From Comamonadaceae bacterium (GTDB lineage: Bacteria > Pseudomonadota > Gammaproteobacteria > Burkholderiales > Burkholderiaceae_C): a stretch of DNA of 64,000 nt. The stretch covers positions 5,090 to 69,089 of the forward strand of contig CANFPJ010000003.1 in NCBI GenBank assembly GCA_947448885.1. Reading direction: 5' to 3'. Under the pieces are notes generated by a model. That model did no database searches and was not told the origin of the DNA. It worked only from the letters and a program-made list of their open reading frames with translations. Numbering within the stretch: the stretch's first letter is position 1; every line of letters begins with the position of its first letter. Shown piece by piece: positions 18,694 through 27,829 of this stretch. Position numbers and translations under genes: made by a program.

Positions 18694-19851
18694 TCAATAG
18701 CTCTTGGGCAAACCCATGCGTTCGCCCAAAAAGTTTTTCACCATCTCGTTGGATATGGGGCTGAAGGGGCCCAAGCGGGTGTCGCGAAACAAACGCTCCA
18801 TGGGGGTCTCTTCCACCAAGCCATAGCCACCCAAGATGCGCATGCATTTGTCGGTGGCCCGCACCGCGGTTTCGGTGGCCGCCAATTTGGCCATCGCGGC
18901 CTCGGTGGCGCACTCGCGCCCCTGGCTGAGCAACCAAGCCGCCTTGTAGGTGAGCAATCGAATTTGCTCCAACTCGGTGGCCACTTCCGCCAAGGGGTGC
19001 TGCACCGCTTGAAACTGCCCGATGGAGCGGCCAAAAGCTTGCCTGTCCAGGGCGTACTGCAAGGCCTGCTCCAATGCCGCACTGGTGATGCCGACATACA
19101 TGGCGGCACACAGAATGCGTTCCTCGTCCAGACTGGCCAGCAGGTGGTACCAACCGCGGCCGCGCTCGCCCAACACCGCCGCTTCCGGGGCTTTGGCATC
19201 GTCAAAAAAGACCTCGCAAGTACACGCGGCACGCATGCCCATCAACTCCAAACGGCGCACGGTAACCGCCGGCTGTTGGCGCGGTGTGAGCACCAGTGAC
19301 ATGCCACGGGCGCGTTTGCCTTCGGTCTCCGGTTCTGTTCGGCACAGCACCAAAATGGCATCGGCATCATCGGCCAGCGATGTGTACAGCTTTTGGCCCC
19401 GCACCGTCCACTCGCCATTGCTCAAGCTGGCGCGGGTTTTCAAGCTGAGCACATCGGTGCCCCCGCCGGGTTCGCTCATGCCAAAACCCATCAAAAACTC
19501 GCCTTTGGTCAACAGAGGCAAGTAATGGGCTTTTTGCTCGGGGGTGCCCACTTCCATGAAAACACGCGCGGTCATGGAGGTCAGCAACCAATCGGTGCCC
19601 AAGGAGGGGAACCGCCTCGACAACTCCTCACACAAGATGGTGCCTTGCATGATGTCACCGCCTGCACCGCCATATTCTTCGGGCAATGAAATTCCCATCC
19701 AGCCTTGCGCGGCCAATTTGGGCCAAATGCTGCGCGGGATTTTGCGCGCACGGTCGTATTCGCGAATGGTTTTTTCTGGCAGCTCGGCATCCAAAAAATG
19801 ACGCACACTGTCGCGCAACATTTGGTGCTCGGGGATGGTGTCGAAATTCAT
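18694..19851 (-). CDS. Acyl-CoA dehydrogenase
   Basis: PEEYGGAG, GMSEPGGGTD, GQKLYTS, LDEERI, RQAFGRSIGQFQAVQH, LGGYG; AAGGA RBS before MNFDT. Confidence 0.93.
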   Translation of the reverse strand: MNFDTIPEHQMLRDSVRHFLDAELPEKTIREYDRARKIPRSIWPKLAAQGWMGISLPEEYGGAGGDIMQGTILCEELSRRFPSLGTDWLLTSMTARVFMEVGTPEQKAHYLPLLTKGEFLMGFGMSEPGGGTDVLSLKTRASLSNGEWTVRGQKLYTSLADDADAILVLCRTEPETEGKRARGMSLVLTPRQQPAVTVRRLELMGMRAACTCEVFFDDAKAPEAAVLGERGRGWYHLLASLDEERILCAAMYVGITSAALEQALQYALDRQAFGRSIGQFQAVQHPLAEVATELEQIRLLTYKAAWLLSQGRECATEAAMAKLAATETAVRATDKCMRILGGYGLVEETPMERLFRDTRLGPFSPISNEMVKNFLGERMGLPKSY

Positions 19852-19882
19852 CTGCCTGTCCTTGTGATTCTGTCGATTGATG

Positions 19883-20758
19883 TCATGGCGCTGCAGGGGT
19901 GAAGTCCATCCATCCATCGATCTTGGCGTAGAGCAAGGCCCCTTGGGCACTGGCCATGGCCGCTTCCACCGCGCCGGCAGGTCGGTGCACAAAAACACCT
20001 TCGCCAAAGTGTTCACCACCCCACTGCACGCCACCCGTGAGCACAAACATTTGCCACCACACGGCATGAAAGCCAGCGGTGGCCTGTTGGTAGCCCGGCG
20101 CCAAACGCAGCAGCACGGTTTGCTGCCCGGTAGACGGATTGCGGCTGAGCACACGCACCGATAGATGCGCCAAGTCAAAACCTGCCAAAGCCCCTTCGCC
20201 GCGCGCATAGGCTTCGCCGGGTTGCCAGACCAATTGGGAAGCGGTCACTTGGCACAACCGTCCCCGACTGCCCAATGAGGCTTCATCGCTGGCGGCGATC
20301 AAATGATTGGCACCCGCCAAATGGGCTGAACAGACGTGGCGGCTGACCGGGCCGCTTTCGTTCGATTGCCCTTCGAAACCAAGCAACAACTCCACCCCAG
20401 GCTGGGTCTGGGCATGGTGAATCCACCCAGGGGGACGCCAAAAATAATCCCCGGTTTGCAGCGCACCCTCGCCATCCAAGGTCACGTTGCCAGCCAGCAA
20501 AAACCCTTCTTCGACGGAGTCATGACAACAATGCGTCAAGTCGCTGTAGCCCGCTTCGAGCTGAACCAAGTCCAGCCGCCGGGTGGTTTGGGGGTCGAGG
20601 TACAGGTTCTTTTGCCGGTACTTGGCAAAGTTCGCTTCGACCAGATCGGCCGGGCCGAGGTTGTCACGGAACGCTGGGGCCAAGGTGCGCAGGTAATCCA
20701 AGCCACTTTCCCACGGCATGCTGTGGGTGTTCAAAACGGTGGCGTGTTGCAAGCCCAT
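19883..20758 (-). CDS. Two-domain ChrR/DUF4437-like cupin protein
   Basis: HCCHDSVEEGFLL...GDYFWRPPGWIHH metal-site-like motif, followed by a second, degenerate cupin repeat. Confidence 0.7.
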   Translation of the reverse strand: MGLQHATVLNTHSMPWESGLDYLRTLAPAFRDNLGPADLVEANFAKYRQKNLYLDPQTTRRLDLVQLEAGYSDLTHCCHDSVEEGFLLAGNVTLDGEGALQTGDYFWRPPGWIHHAQTQPGVELLLGFEGQSNESGPVSRHVCSAHLAGANHLIAASDEASLGSRGRLCQVTASQLVWQPGEAYARGEGALAGFDLAHLSVRVLSRNPSTGQQTVLLRLAPGYQQATAGFHAVWWQMFVLTGGVQWGGEHFGEGVFVHRPAGAVEAAMASAQGALLYAKIDGWMDFTPAAP

Positions 20759-20769
20759 GGTGCTTAGTC

Positions 20770-21561
20770 TCAGCTTTTGAGGACGGGCTGACCATCCACC
20801 GCAACGGCTTCGCCCAAATAGACCTGCTGCACCAAGGCGCTGGCGCGCACCTCTTGCGGCAAACCCACGGCCAATACCTTGCCTTGGTGCAACACCGTGA
20901 TCCGACTGGCCACCGCAAACACCACGGCCATGTCATGCTCCGTGAAAACGCAAGAGACCCCCAACTGCACCGCCACCTTGTGCACCAACTGAATGGATTC
21001 CAAACGTTCTTGGGCAGCCATGCCCGCTGTGGGTTCATCGAGCAACAACAATTTGGGCTGGCTGGCCAAGGCAATGGCCAATTCCAAGCGCTTTTGATCG
21101 CCGTGGGCCAAGGTTCTGGCGGTGCGCGACACCTGGGATGCCAATCCCACCAAATCGAGCAACTCTTGGGCCCGTTGAACATGCAAACCCGCGGCCGCCG
21201 TCCAGCCTTGCCAACTTTGGCCGGCATGCGCTGACAGGGCCACTTGCACGTTTTCCAACACGGTCATGCCGTGAAATACCCGGGTGATTTGAAAGGTGCG
21301 GCCCATGCCCAGGCGGGTCAAGCGGTGCGGCGCAAAGCCAGTCACATTGCGCCCATCGAACCAAATGCTGCCCGCATCGGCTTTCAACAAGCCGGTCAAG
21401 GTGTTGAAAAAAGTGCTTTTGCCAGCGCCATTGGGTCCGATGATGGCGTGGAACTCCCCCGGCTTGACGTGCATGTCCACGTTTTGCAAGGCTTGCAATC
21501 CCCCAAAGCGTTTGGATATGCCTTGGACCTTCAGCACATATTCGCTGGGCGTGTTGCTCAT
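20770..21561 (-). CDS. LIV-family ABC ATP-binding protein (LivG-like)
   Basis: GPNGAGKST, GRTFQ, LAHGDQ, LLLDEPTAG, TEHDM. Start MSNTP overlaps the upstream stop. Confidence 0.92.
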   Translation of the reverse strand: MSNTPSEYVLKVQGISKRFGGLQALQNVDMHVKPGEFHAIIGPNGAGKSTFFNTLTGLLKADAGSIWFDGRNVTGFAPHRLTRLGMGRTFQITRVFHGMTVLENVQVALSAHAGQSWQGWTAAAGLHVQRAQELLDLVGLASQVSRTARTLAHGDQKRLELAIALASQPKLLLLDEPTAGMAAQERLESIQLVHKVAVQLGVSCVFTEHDMAVVFAVASRITVLHQGKVLAVGLPQEVRASALVQQVYLGEAVAVDGQPVLKS

Positions 21562-22478
21562 GCATCGCCCTTTTTGATGCGCCCCACCAAGCCAGTGGGC
21601 ATGAGCAGGACCAACAACACGATGATGATGCCCATCGCCAACGGCCAGTATTCGGTTTTGCCACTGATCATCACTTCCAGCACCACATAAACCGCAGCGC
21701 CCACAGCGGGCCCATAAAAAGACTGCACGCCGCCCAACACAGCCATCACCACCGGTGTCGCGCTGGCCGTCCAGTTGAGCCAAGATGGAAACACATTGCC
21801 GGTTGAAAAAGCAAACAAGGCACCGGCCAAACCGGCAAAAGCGGCGCTGATCACAAAAGCCACCCACTGGTGTTGGCGCACATGCACCCCCACATATTGC
21901 ACGCGCAACGGGTCGTCTTTGAGGGCGCGCAAGGTCAAGCCAAAAGGCGACTTCACCAAACGGTGCAGCACATAAACACTGGGCAAGCACCAGGCCAAGG
22001 CGTAAGCGTAGTAACCCATGGGCGTGCCCAACACACCCGGGGGCTTGAGGCCGGTGATGCCATCGTCACCGCCGGTCAATCCGGAGGCCTTCAAAGCCAC
22101 CGTGAACAGCAACATTTGAAAAGCAAAGGTGAGCATCGAAAAATAGATGCCAGATCGGCGCACCGAAAAATAACCAATCAAAGCCGCCATCGCCGCAGAT
22201 GCACACATGGCCACCAAGGGAGCGAGCATGAACATCCAAGCCACATCCAAACCGCTGCGCTTGAAAAAGATGGCTGCGCTGTAAGCGCCCACCCCAAAGA
22301 AGGCCGCATGCCCAAACGACAGCATCCCGCCAAAGCCCAGCAGCAAATTAAAACTCAAGGCGTACAGGGCAAATGCCAGCACCTCAATGGCAATGAAAAT
22401 CCAAAAATCGCTTAAAGCCCAGGGCAACAGCACCAGCAAGGTGCACACCAAGACAAGCCATTGGCGGTGCGCTGTCAT
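21558..22478 (-). CDS. LIV-family ABC permease (LivM-like)
   Basis: LLLGFGGMLSFGHAAFFG, GIYFSMLT, TGGDDG, VLGG...GPAVGA. Confidence 0.92.
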   Translation of the reverse strand: MTAHRQWLVLVCTLLVLLPWALSDFWIFIAIEVLAFALYALSFNLLLGFGGMLSFGHAAFFGVGAYSAAIFFKRSGLDVAWMFMLAPLVAMCASAAMAALIGYFSVRRSGIYFSMLTFAFQMLLFTVALKASGLTGGDDGITGLKPPGVLGTPMGYYAYALAWCLPSVYVLHRLVKSPFGLTLRALKDDPLRVQYVGVHVRQHQWVAFVISAAFAGLAGALFAFSTGNVFPSWLNWTASATPVVMAVLGGVQSFYGPAVGAAVYVVLEVMISGKTEYWPLAMGIIIVLLVLLMPTGLVGRIKKGDA

Positions 22479-23389
22479 TCGGGACTTCCAAACAAGCCCC
22501 AAGGCCGAACGATCAACACCACCGCCATGCACACAAAGGTCATGACCACGGACCAACCCGGAAATGCCAGCACCCCGTAAGCATTGATCACCCCCACCAG
22601 CAATGAAGCCACCAAAGCCCCCATCACACTGCCCATGCCACCGATCACCACCACCACAAAAGCGTCAATGATGATTTGCACATGCAAACCCGGTCCCACC
22701 GACACCACGGGCGCTGCCAAAGCACCGCCCAAACCGGACAAAGCAGCACCCAAGGCGAACACACTGGTGTAGAGCCATCGGGTGTTGACGCCCAAGGCGC
22801 CCAGTATGGCGCGATCGTTAGTGGCCGCCCGAATGAAAATACCCCAGCGGGTTTTGTGCAACAAAAACCAAAGGGCAACCGCCACCAGGACGCCCACACC
22901 AATCAGAAATAAGCGGTAATTGGGAAAGATGATGCCCAAGGTTTGGGCCGCACCTGACAAGGCTTGGGGCGCGGTCATGGAGCGGTCTTCATTGCCCCAA
23001 ATCAGCTTGACCACGTCGCCCATGATGAACACCAGCGCAAAGGTGATCAAAAGTTGAAACTCATGGGGTGCGTTGTAAATTCTGCGCAAAAGCCCCCACT
23101 CGATCAATCCACCGATCACCGCGAGGACCACCGTGGCGCCTAGCAAGACCATGGCAAACATGGCCCCACTCTCACCCCACTGGGCCGACAAACTGACCGC
23201 CACAAAGGCCCCCAGCATGAACAACACGCCGTGTGCGAAGTTGAGGATGCGCTGCACGCCGAAGATGAGCGACAGCCCTGCAGAGATCAAAAACAGCAGC
23301 ATGCCATTGGAAACCCCAGCCAGGGTTTGGCGCGCCAATACAGTGGGCTCGAGCATCCAAGCAAAGTGTTGCGAAAAAAACTCCATCAT
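22475..23389 (-). CDS. LIV-family ABC permease (LivH-like)
   Basis: AGLSLIFG...NFAHG, TRWGIFIRA, VIGGMGS, RPWGLFG. Confidence 0.92.
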   Translation of the reverse strand: MMEFFSQHFAWMLEPTVLARQTLAGVSNGMLLFLISAGLSLIFGVQRILNFAHGVLFMLGAFVAVSLSAQWGESGAMFAMVLLGATVVLAVIGGLIEWGLLRRIYNAPHEFQLLITFALVFIMGDVVKLIWGNEDRSMTAPQALSGAAQTLGIIFPNYRLFLIGVGVLVAVALWFLLHKTRWGIFIRAATNDRAILGALGVNTRWLYTSVFALGAALSGLGGALAAPVVSVGPGLHVQIIIDAFVVVVIGGMGSVMGALVASLLVGVINAYGVLAFPGWSVVMTFVCMAVVLIVRPWGLFGSPE

Positions 23390-23459
23390 GGCAGCAAAGG
23401 TATGGCGTGTCTGGGCATGGATTCAGTTTGCCAGAGCCGCCGACAAGTTGCAATCACTA

Positions 23460-23473
23460 TTTGTCCGGACAAA
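23460..23473. promoter_or_regulatory. Palindromic operator TTTGTCCGGACAAA (putative GntR/HutC-type site)
   Basis: Perfect 14-bp palindrome in a divergent intergenic region; near-identical copy at 26432-26445. Confidence 0.7.
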
Positions 23474-23618
23474 AGAAAACTGCCGCACCAAATTCGGGTT
23501 TACCCCAGCGCACCTCTTCGGTGCAGCACATTTCTTTCGTTCAGATCTGGTCATCAGCGATTGACAAGCACCCAGGCAACACCGCAGAATCCATCACGCA
23601 TCAACCGAGGAGAATTCT

Positions 23619-24860
23619 TTGTACACCTTGATCAGAAATCGTTTGTTACCTGCTGTGGCCTTGGCTGCGGCATTGATCTCACCTGCTGCGCATGCACAAG
23701 CGGCCAGCGGAAATGACCCCATCAAATTGGGTCTGATCGATATTTACAGCGGTGGCTTTGCTTTCATTGCAGATTCCATCCGCACAGGATTTCAAATTGC
23801 TGTGGATGAAGCCAACGCAGCAGGTGGTCTCAAAGGGCGACCCTTTCAATTGGTCAGTGCCGACATGGGCGGTCAAGTTGAAAAAGCGGTCACCGAAGGC
23901 CGGCGCATGATCTTGGAAGACAAAATCAAATTTGTCACCGTGGGCATCCACAGCGGTGCCGCCATCGCGGTCGGCAATTTGGGCAAAGAGCACAAAGTAT
24001 TGGTCACCGGTGGCTTTGCCACCACCAAGCGGCTCACCGGCGAATCGGGCCACCCCTATATTTCGCGCGCCAATTTATCGACGGTTGAAATTGGCAGCGT
24101 GATTGCCGAGTACATCAAGGCACGGCCCGACATCAAACGCATTTCCACCATTGCCCCCGATTACGAATACGGCCAGCAATTCATTGAAGACTTCATGCGC
24201 GCCCTCAAAGCCGTGCGCCCCGATGTGGTGGTGGTGCGCCAAGAATGGTCCAAGTTGGGCGCGACTGATTTTTCAGCCCACGTGACCGCCTTGCAGGCGC
24301 AACCGGTGGATTTGATCGTCAACGGCGGCTTTGGCGCCGACCTGGTGAACCTGCTCAAAGCCGCCAAGGACTTTGGCTTGTTCGCCGGCAAGACCCAATT
24401 CTTCACCCACGGTTTGGACCTGGTGAAAATGAGTTCGGTCAAAGATTTGCTCCCCGCCAATACGGCTGGCACCGTCTGGTATCCGTTTTATGCCCTCAAT
24501 TCCGCCAAATCGAAAAGCTTTGCCGCCGAAGTGGAAAAGCGCATGAAAACCTACCCCACAGGCCCCACCACGGTGGGCTATTCAGCGGGCAAGATGATTG
24601 TCGAATCGATTCGCAAAGCGGGCACGGCCACCGATGTGGAAAAAGTGATTCAAGCCATGTCCACCATCAGCTTCGAAGGCCCCACCGGCAAAACAAAGGT
24701 GCGGGGATGCGACAACATGGCCTTGTTTGACTTTTATGTCGGCACCGTCAAGCGTGACGCCAATTTGCCCGATGGCATTGGCGTGACCGATATCAAGACT
24801 TACCACACCGAAGACTACGCACGCCCCTGCCAAGAACTGCTGCGCTCACGGGGCAGCTGA
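23619..24860 (+). CDS. LIV-family ABC substrate-binding protein
   Basis: GAGGAG RBS before the TTG start, signal peptide ending AHA, NAAGGLKGR, PDYEYG, FEGPTG. Confidence 0.9.
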   Translation: MYTLIRNRLLPAVALAAALISPAAHAQAASGNDPIKLGLIDIYSGGFAFIADSIRTGFQIAVDEANAAGGLKGRPFQLVSADMGGQVEKAVTEGRRMILEDKIKFVTVGIHSGAAIAVGNLGKEHKVLVTGGFATTKRLTGESGHPYISRANLSTVEIGSVIAEYIKARPDIKRISTIAPDYEYGQQFIEDFMRALKAVRPDVVVVRQEWSKLGATDFSAHVTALQAQPVDLIVNGGFGADLVNLLKAAKDFGLFAGKTQFFTHGLDLVKMSSVKDLLPANTAGTVWYPFYALNSAKSKSFAAEVEKRMKTYPTGPTTVGYSAGKMIVESIRKAGTATDVEKVIQAMSTISFEGPTGKTKVRGCDNMALFDFYVGTVKRDANLPDGIGVTDIKTYHTEDYARPCQELLRSRGS

Positions 24861-24864
24861 ATCC

Positions 24865-25572
24865 ATGACCTTGTTACGGGTTGAGGGCCTGGAGACCGCC
24901 TACGGCGACAGCCAGGTTCTGTTTGGCATCTCTTTGGAAGTTCACAAAGGCGAGGTGGTGGCTTTGTTGGGCCGCAATGGTGCAGGCAAAACCACCACCT
25001 TGTCGTCCATCATGGGCTTGGTGCCCTCGCGCCAGGGCGAGGTGTTTTTCAAAGGCCAAGCGATTGCCAAGTTGGAGCCATTTCAAATCTGTCGTGCAGG
25101 TTTGGGCTATGTGGCAGAGGACTGCCGCTTGTTCACCTCTTTGACCGTGGCCGAAAACTTGGAAACGGCACGCATGGATGCGCGCGATGGTGGTGCCCCT
25201 TGGGGCTTGCCGGAGGTTTTGGATTTGTTCCCCGATATTCGGAACTTTTTAGATCGAAAAGCGGGCGCATTGTCGGGCGGTCAGCAGCGCATGGTGGCGA
25301 TTGCCCGCACCTTGATGGGCAACCCCGATCTGATTTTGCTGGATGAGCCTTCCGAGGGATTGGCGCCCTTGGTCATCGAAGCCATGTTGCAACGCTTGAA
25401 ACAGCTCAAGTCGGCCGGTCAAACGGTGCTGATCAGTGAGCAAAACTTGCGCTTTGCCAATGAGCTTGCCGATCGGGTCTACATCATTGAAAAAGGGCAA
25501 ATCCCTTATCAAGGCACCCCCGCCGAACTCAACAACCTGCCCGAAGTGCGGCAGCAATACCTGATGGTTTGA
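24865..25572 (+). CDS. LIV-family ABC ATP-binding protein (LivF-like)
   Basis: GRNGAGKTT, LSGGQQ, LLDEPSEGLAP, SEQN. Confidence 0.93.
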   Translation: MTLLRVEGLETAYGDSQVLFGISLEVHKGEVVALLGRNGAGKTTTLSSIMGLVPSRQGEVFFKGQAIAKLEPFQICRAGLGYVAEDCRLFTSLTVAENLETARMDARDGGAPWGLPEVLDLFPDIRNFLDRKAGALSGGQQRMVAIARTLMGNPDLILLDEPSEGLAPLVIEAMLQRLKQLKSAGQTVLISEQNLRFANELADRVYIIEKGQIPYQGTPAELNNLPEVRQQYLMV

Positions 25573-25581
25573 AGCGGGATT

Positions 25582-26382
25582 TCAAGGCTTGAAGTCTGAG
25601 CGCAGCAAACTCATGTGATAGCTGAAACGGCCACTGGGGTGCAAGCTGTCTGAAATTTCCAGCAACAAATTGTGGGCATCAAAATACAAGCGCTGCATGC
25701 GCAGCGCAGGGCTGCCCACAGGACACAACAACCAGGTGGCATCTGCGGCGCTGACCGAACAAGCATCGATGCGTTGCTCAATGCGTGCCACCTTGATGCC
25801 GTAAATCTCTTCAATCCAGCGATAGACCACGGCATTTTTGCGCCGCTTCATCGCCGGAATGATTTTTTGAAATGCGGGGTTCAAGTAAACCCGCGTCAAA
25901 CAAACTGGCAGGTTGTCCTCGCCCTTGCTGCGCCTGAGCCCCATGCCAAATATCCAGGTTTGGCCTGAGGTCAACTGCGTCTCGCCCATGCTCAGGGTTT
26001 GATCCAGCTTGAGTGTTTCCCAATGGGATATTTCAAACCGAGTGGACTCCGCGTATTGCAACAAGTCGTCCACCGTCTCCAAAGTTTGCACATAGGGTGT
26101 GCGCCTGTTTTGCGACGCCACCACGCTGCCCACCCGGGGGCGGCGGGTGACCAAGCCAGCGTCGGTCAGCATGCTCAAGGCATTGCGGGCCGTGAAGCGA
26201 CTCACGCCGAACAGTTCACACAGTTCATGCTCGGTGGGCAGCAATTCACCGACCTGGTACACCCCATCGGTGATGTCTTGGCACAGCTGGTTGAACACCG
26301 CCAAATAACGCGCCTCACCAGCCACAGTGGGCACCACTTTGGTCTTGGTTTTTTTTAGCTTGGGCGTCTTCTTGGTGACCAT
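25582..26382 (-). CDS. GntR-family transcriptional regulator (HutC subfamily, UTRA domain)
   Basis: LPTEHELCELFGVSRFTARNAL winged HTH; C-terminal UTRA-like region. Confidence 0.92.
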   Translation of the reverse strand: MVTKKTPKLKKTKTKVVPTVAGEARYLAVFNQLCQDITDGVYQVGELLPTEHELCELFGVSRFTARNALSMLTDAGLVTRRPRVGSVVASQNRRTPYVQTLETVDDLLQYAESTRFEISHWETLKLDQTLSMGETQLTSGQTWIFGMGLRRSKGEDNLPVCLTRVYLNPAFQKIIPAMKRRKNAVVYRWIEEIYGIKVARIEQRIDACSVSAADATWLLCPVGSPALRMQRLYFDAHNLLLEISDSLHPSGRFSYHMSLLRSDFKP

Positions 26383-26431
26383 GGATGAAATTTGACAGCG
26401 GTAGAGATTCCCAGTAAATTCAGCTGGTTAT

Positions 26432-26445
26432 TTTGTCTGGACAAA
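26432..26445. promoter_or_regulatory. Operator TTTGTCTGGACAAA (second copy)
   Basis: One mismatch to the 23460 palindrome; lies between the divergent GntR and ACAD genes. Confidence 0.7.
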
Positions 26446-26544
26446 TGATTTTTGGGTCTCAGGATTACCCTCAGGGTATGGCCGATGCCACACCGCACAC
26501 CCGCGATCATTTTTTCAACAATTCAGGCCATCATAAGGAACACC

Positions 26545-27705
26545 ATGTCAGACATCAACGCCGACAACGATCAAGAACAACAAATGCTGGACGCCATCGA
26601 AAAATGGCTGGAGCGCGACGTTCGCCCCCATGTTTTGCGTTTGGAGCATGCCGACGAGTACCCCATTGAGATGGTCGAACAAATGAAAGAGTTGGGCTTG
26701 TTTGGGGCCACCATTGGGGTGGAATACGGCGGTTTGGGTTTGAGCGCAACCACCTACGCCAAGATCGTTGAAAAAATCGCCGCGACCTGGATGTCGCTGT
26801 CTGGCATTTTCAACAGCCACTTGATCATGGCCGCTTGTGTGGAGCGCAACGGCACGGATGAGCAGAAAAACCATTACCTGCCCAAATTCGCCACCGGCGA
26901 AATTCGCGGTGGACTGGCGCTGACCGAACCCGATGCCGGCACCGATTTGCAAGGCATCAAAATGCGCGCCAAAAAAGATGGGGACCACTACATCATCAAT
27001 GGCACCAAAACTTGGATTTCCAATGGCATCCATGGCACCTGCTTTGCCCTGCTGGTCAAAACCGATGCATCTGCCGATCCCGCCCACAAAGGCATGTCTT
27101 GCTTCATCGCGGAAAAAGGCCCAGGGTTCACCGTCTCGAAGAAGCTGGAGAAGCTGGGCTACAAAGGCATAGACAGCGCTGAGTTGATTTTTCAAGATTA
27201 CAAAATTCACGCCAGCAAGTTGATCGGCGCCAAAGAAGGGCGCGGCATGCAAACTGCTTTGGGTGGCTTGGAGTTGGGCCGCATCAATGTCGCTGCCCGC
27301 GGATGTGGCATTGCTGGCGCGGCCTTGATGGACGCCGTGAAATACGCACAGGTGCGCCACACTTTTGGGAAGCCGATTGCAGAGCACCAGGCGATTCAAC
27401 TCAAATTGGGTGAAATGGCCACTCGGCTGCAAGCGGCGCGCCTGCTCACCTATGACGCGGCCCGCATTTACGACAAAGGCGAGCGCTGCGACATGGAAGC
27501 GGGCATGGCCAAGTATTTCGCTTCCGAAGCCGCACTGGAAAACGCCACCGAATGCTTGCGCATCCATGGCGGATACGGCTACTCCAAGGAATACCACGTT
27601 GAGCGTTACTACCGCGACGCCCCATTGATGTGCATTGGCGAAGGCACCAATGAGATGCAGCGCATCATCATTGCCCGCCAAATGATCGCCAGACATCCGG
27701 CTTGA
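26545..27705 (+). CDS. Acyl-CoA dehydrogenase
   Basis: LTEPDAGTD, GTKTWISNG, KLGYKG, RHTFGKPI, HGGYGY, IGEGTNE; AAGGA RBS. Confidence 0.94.
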   Translation: MSDINADNDQEQQMLDAIEKWLERDVRPHVLRLEHADEYPIEMVEQMKELGLFGATIGVEYGGLGLSATTYAKIVEKIAATWMSLSGIFNSHLIMAACVERNGTDEQKNHYLPKFATGEIRGGLALTEPDAGTDLQGIKMRAKKDGDHYIINGTKTWISNGIHGTCFALLVKTDASADPAHKGMSCFIAEKGPGFTVSKKLEKLGYKGIDSAELIFQDYKIHASKLIGAKEGRGMQTALGGLELGRINVAARGCGIAGAALMDAVKYAQVRHTFGKPIAEHQAIQLKLGEMATRLQAARLLTYDAARIYDKGERCDMEAGMAKYFASEAALENATECLRIHGGYGYSKEYHVERYYRDAPLMCIGEGTNEMQRIIIARQMIARHPA

Positions 27706-27767
27706 ACAAGCAACGGGCGGTGGTGCCCAAAGGACGGGGGCCCTGTTGTGACATCCGTTGTTTGTTT

Positions 27768-27796
27768 TTTTCATGATGTTGACACACGGCTGACTG
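27768..27796 (+). promoter_or_regulatory. Putative Pho box
   Basis: TTTTCAT / TTGACAC / CTGACTG heptamers at 11-bp spacing, upstream of a phosphoesterase-like gene. Confidence 0.55.
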
Positions 27797-27829
27797 AGCA
27801 TACGAAAACTTTCCAACCAGGAGTTTTCT

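Noticed and set aside
17015-21990. Apparent long N-terminal extensions or fusions (17015..19153, 18694..20208, 20770..21990; also 10684..11400, 40702..42042, 42657..43358)
   Set aside because: The extensions overlap upstream genes in another frame. Internal starts with an RBS or stop-start coupling explain the real genes.
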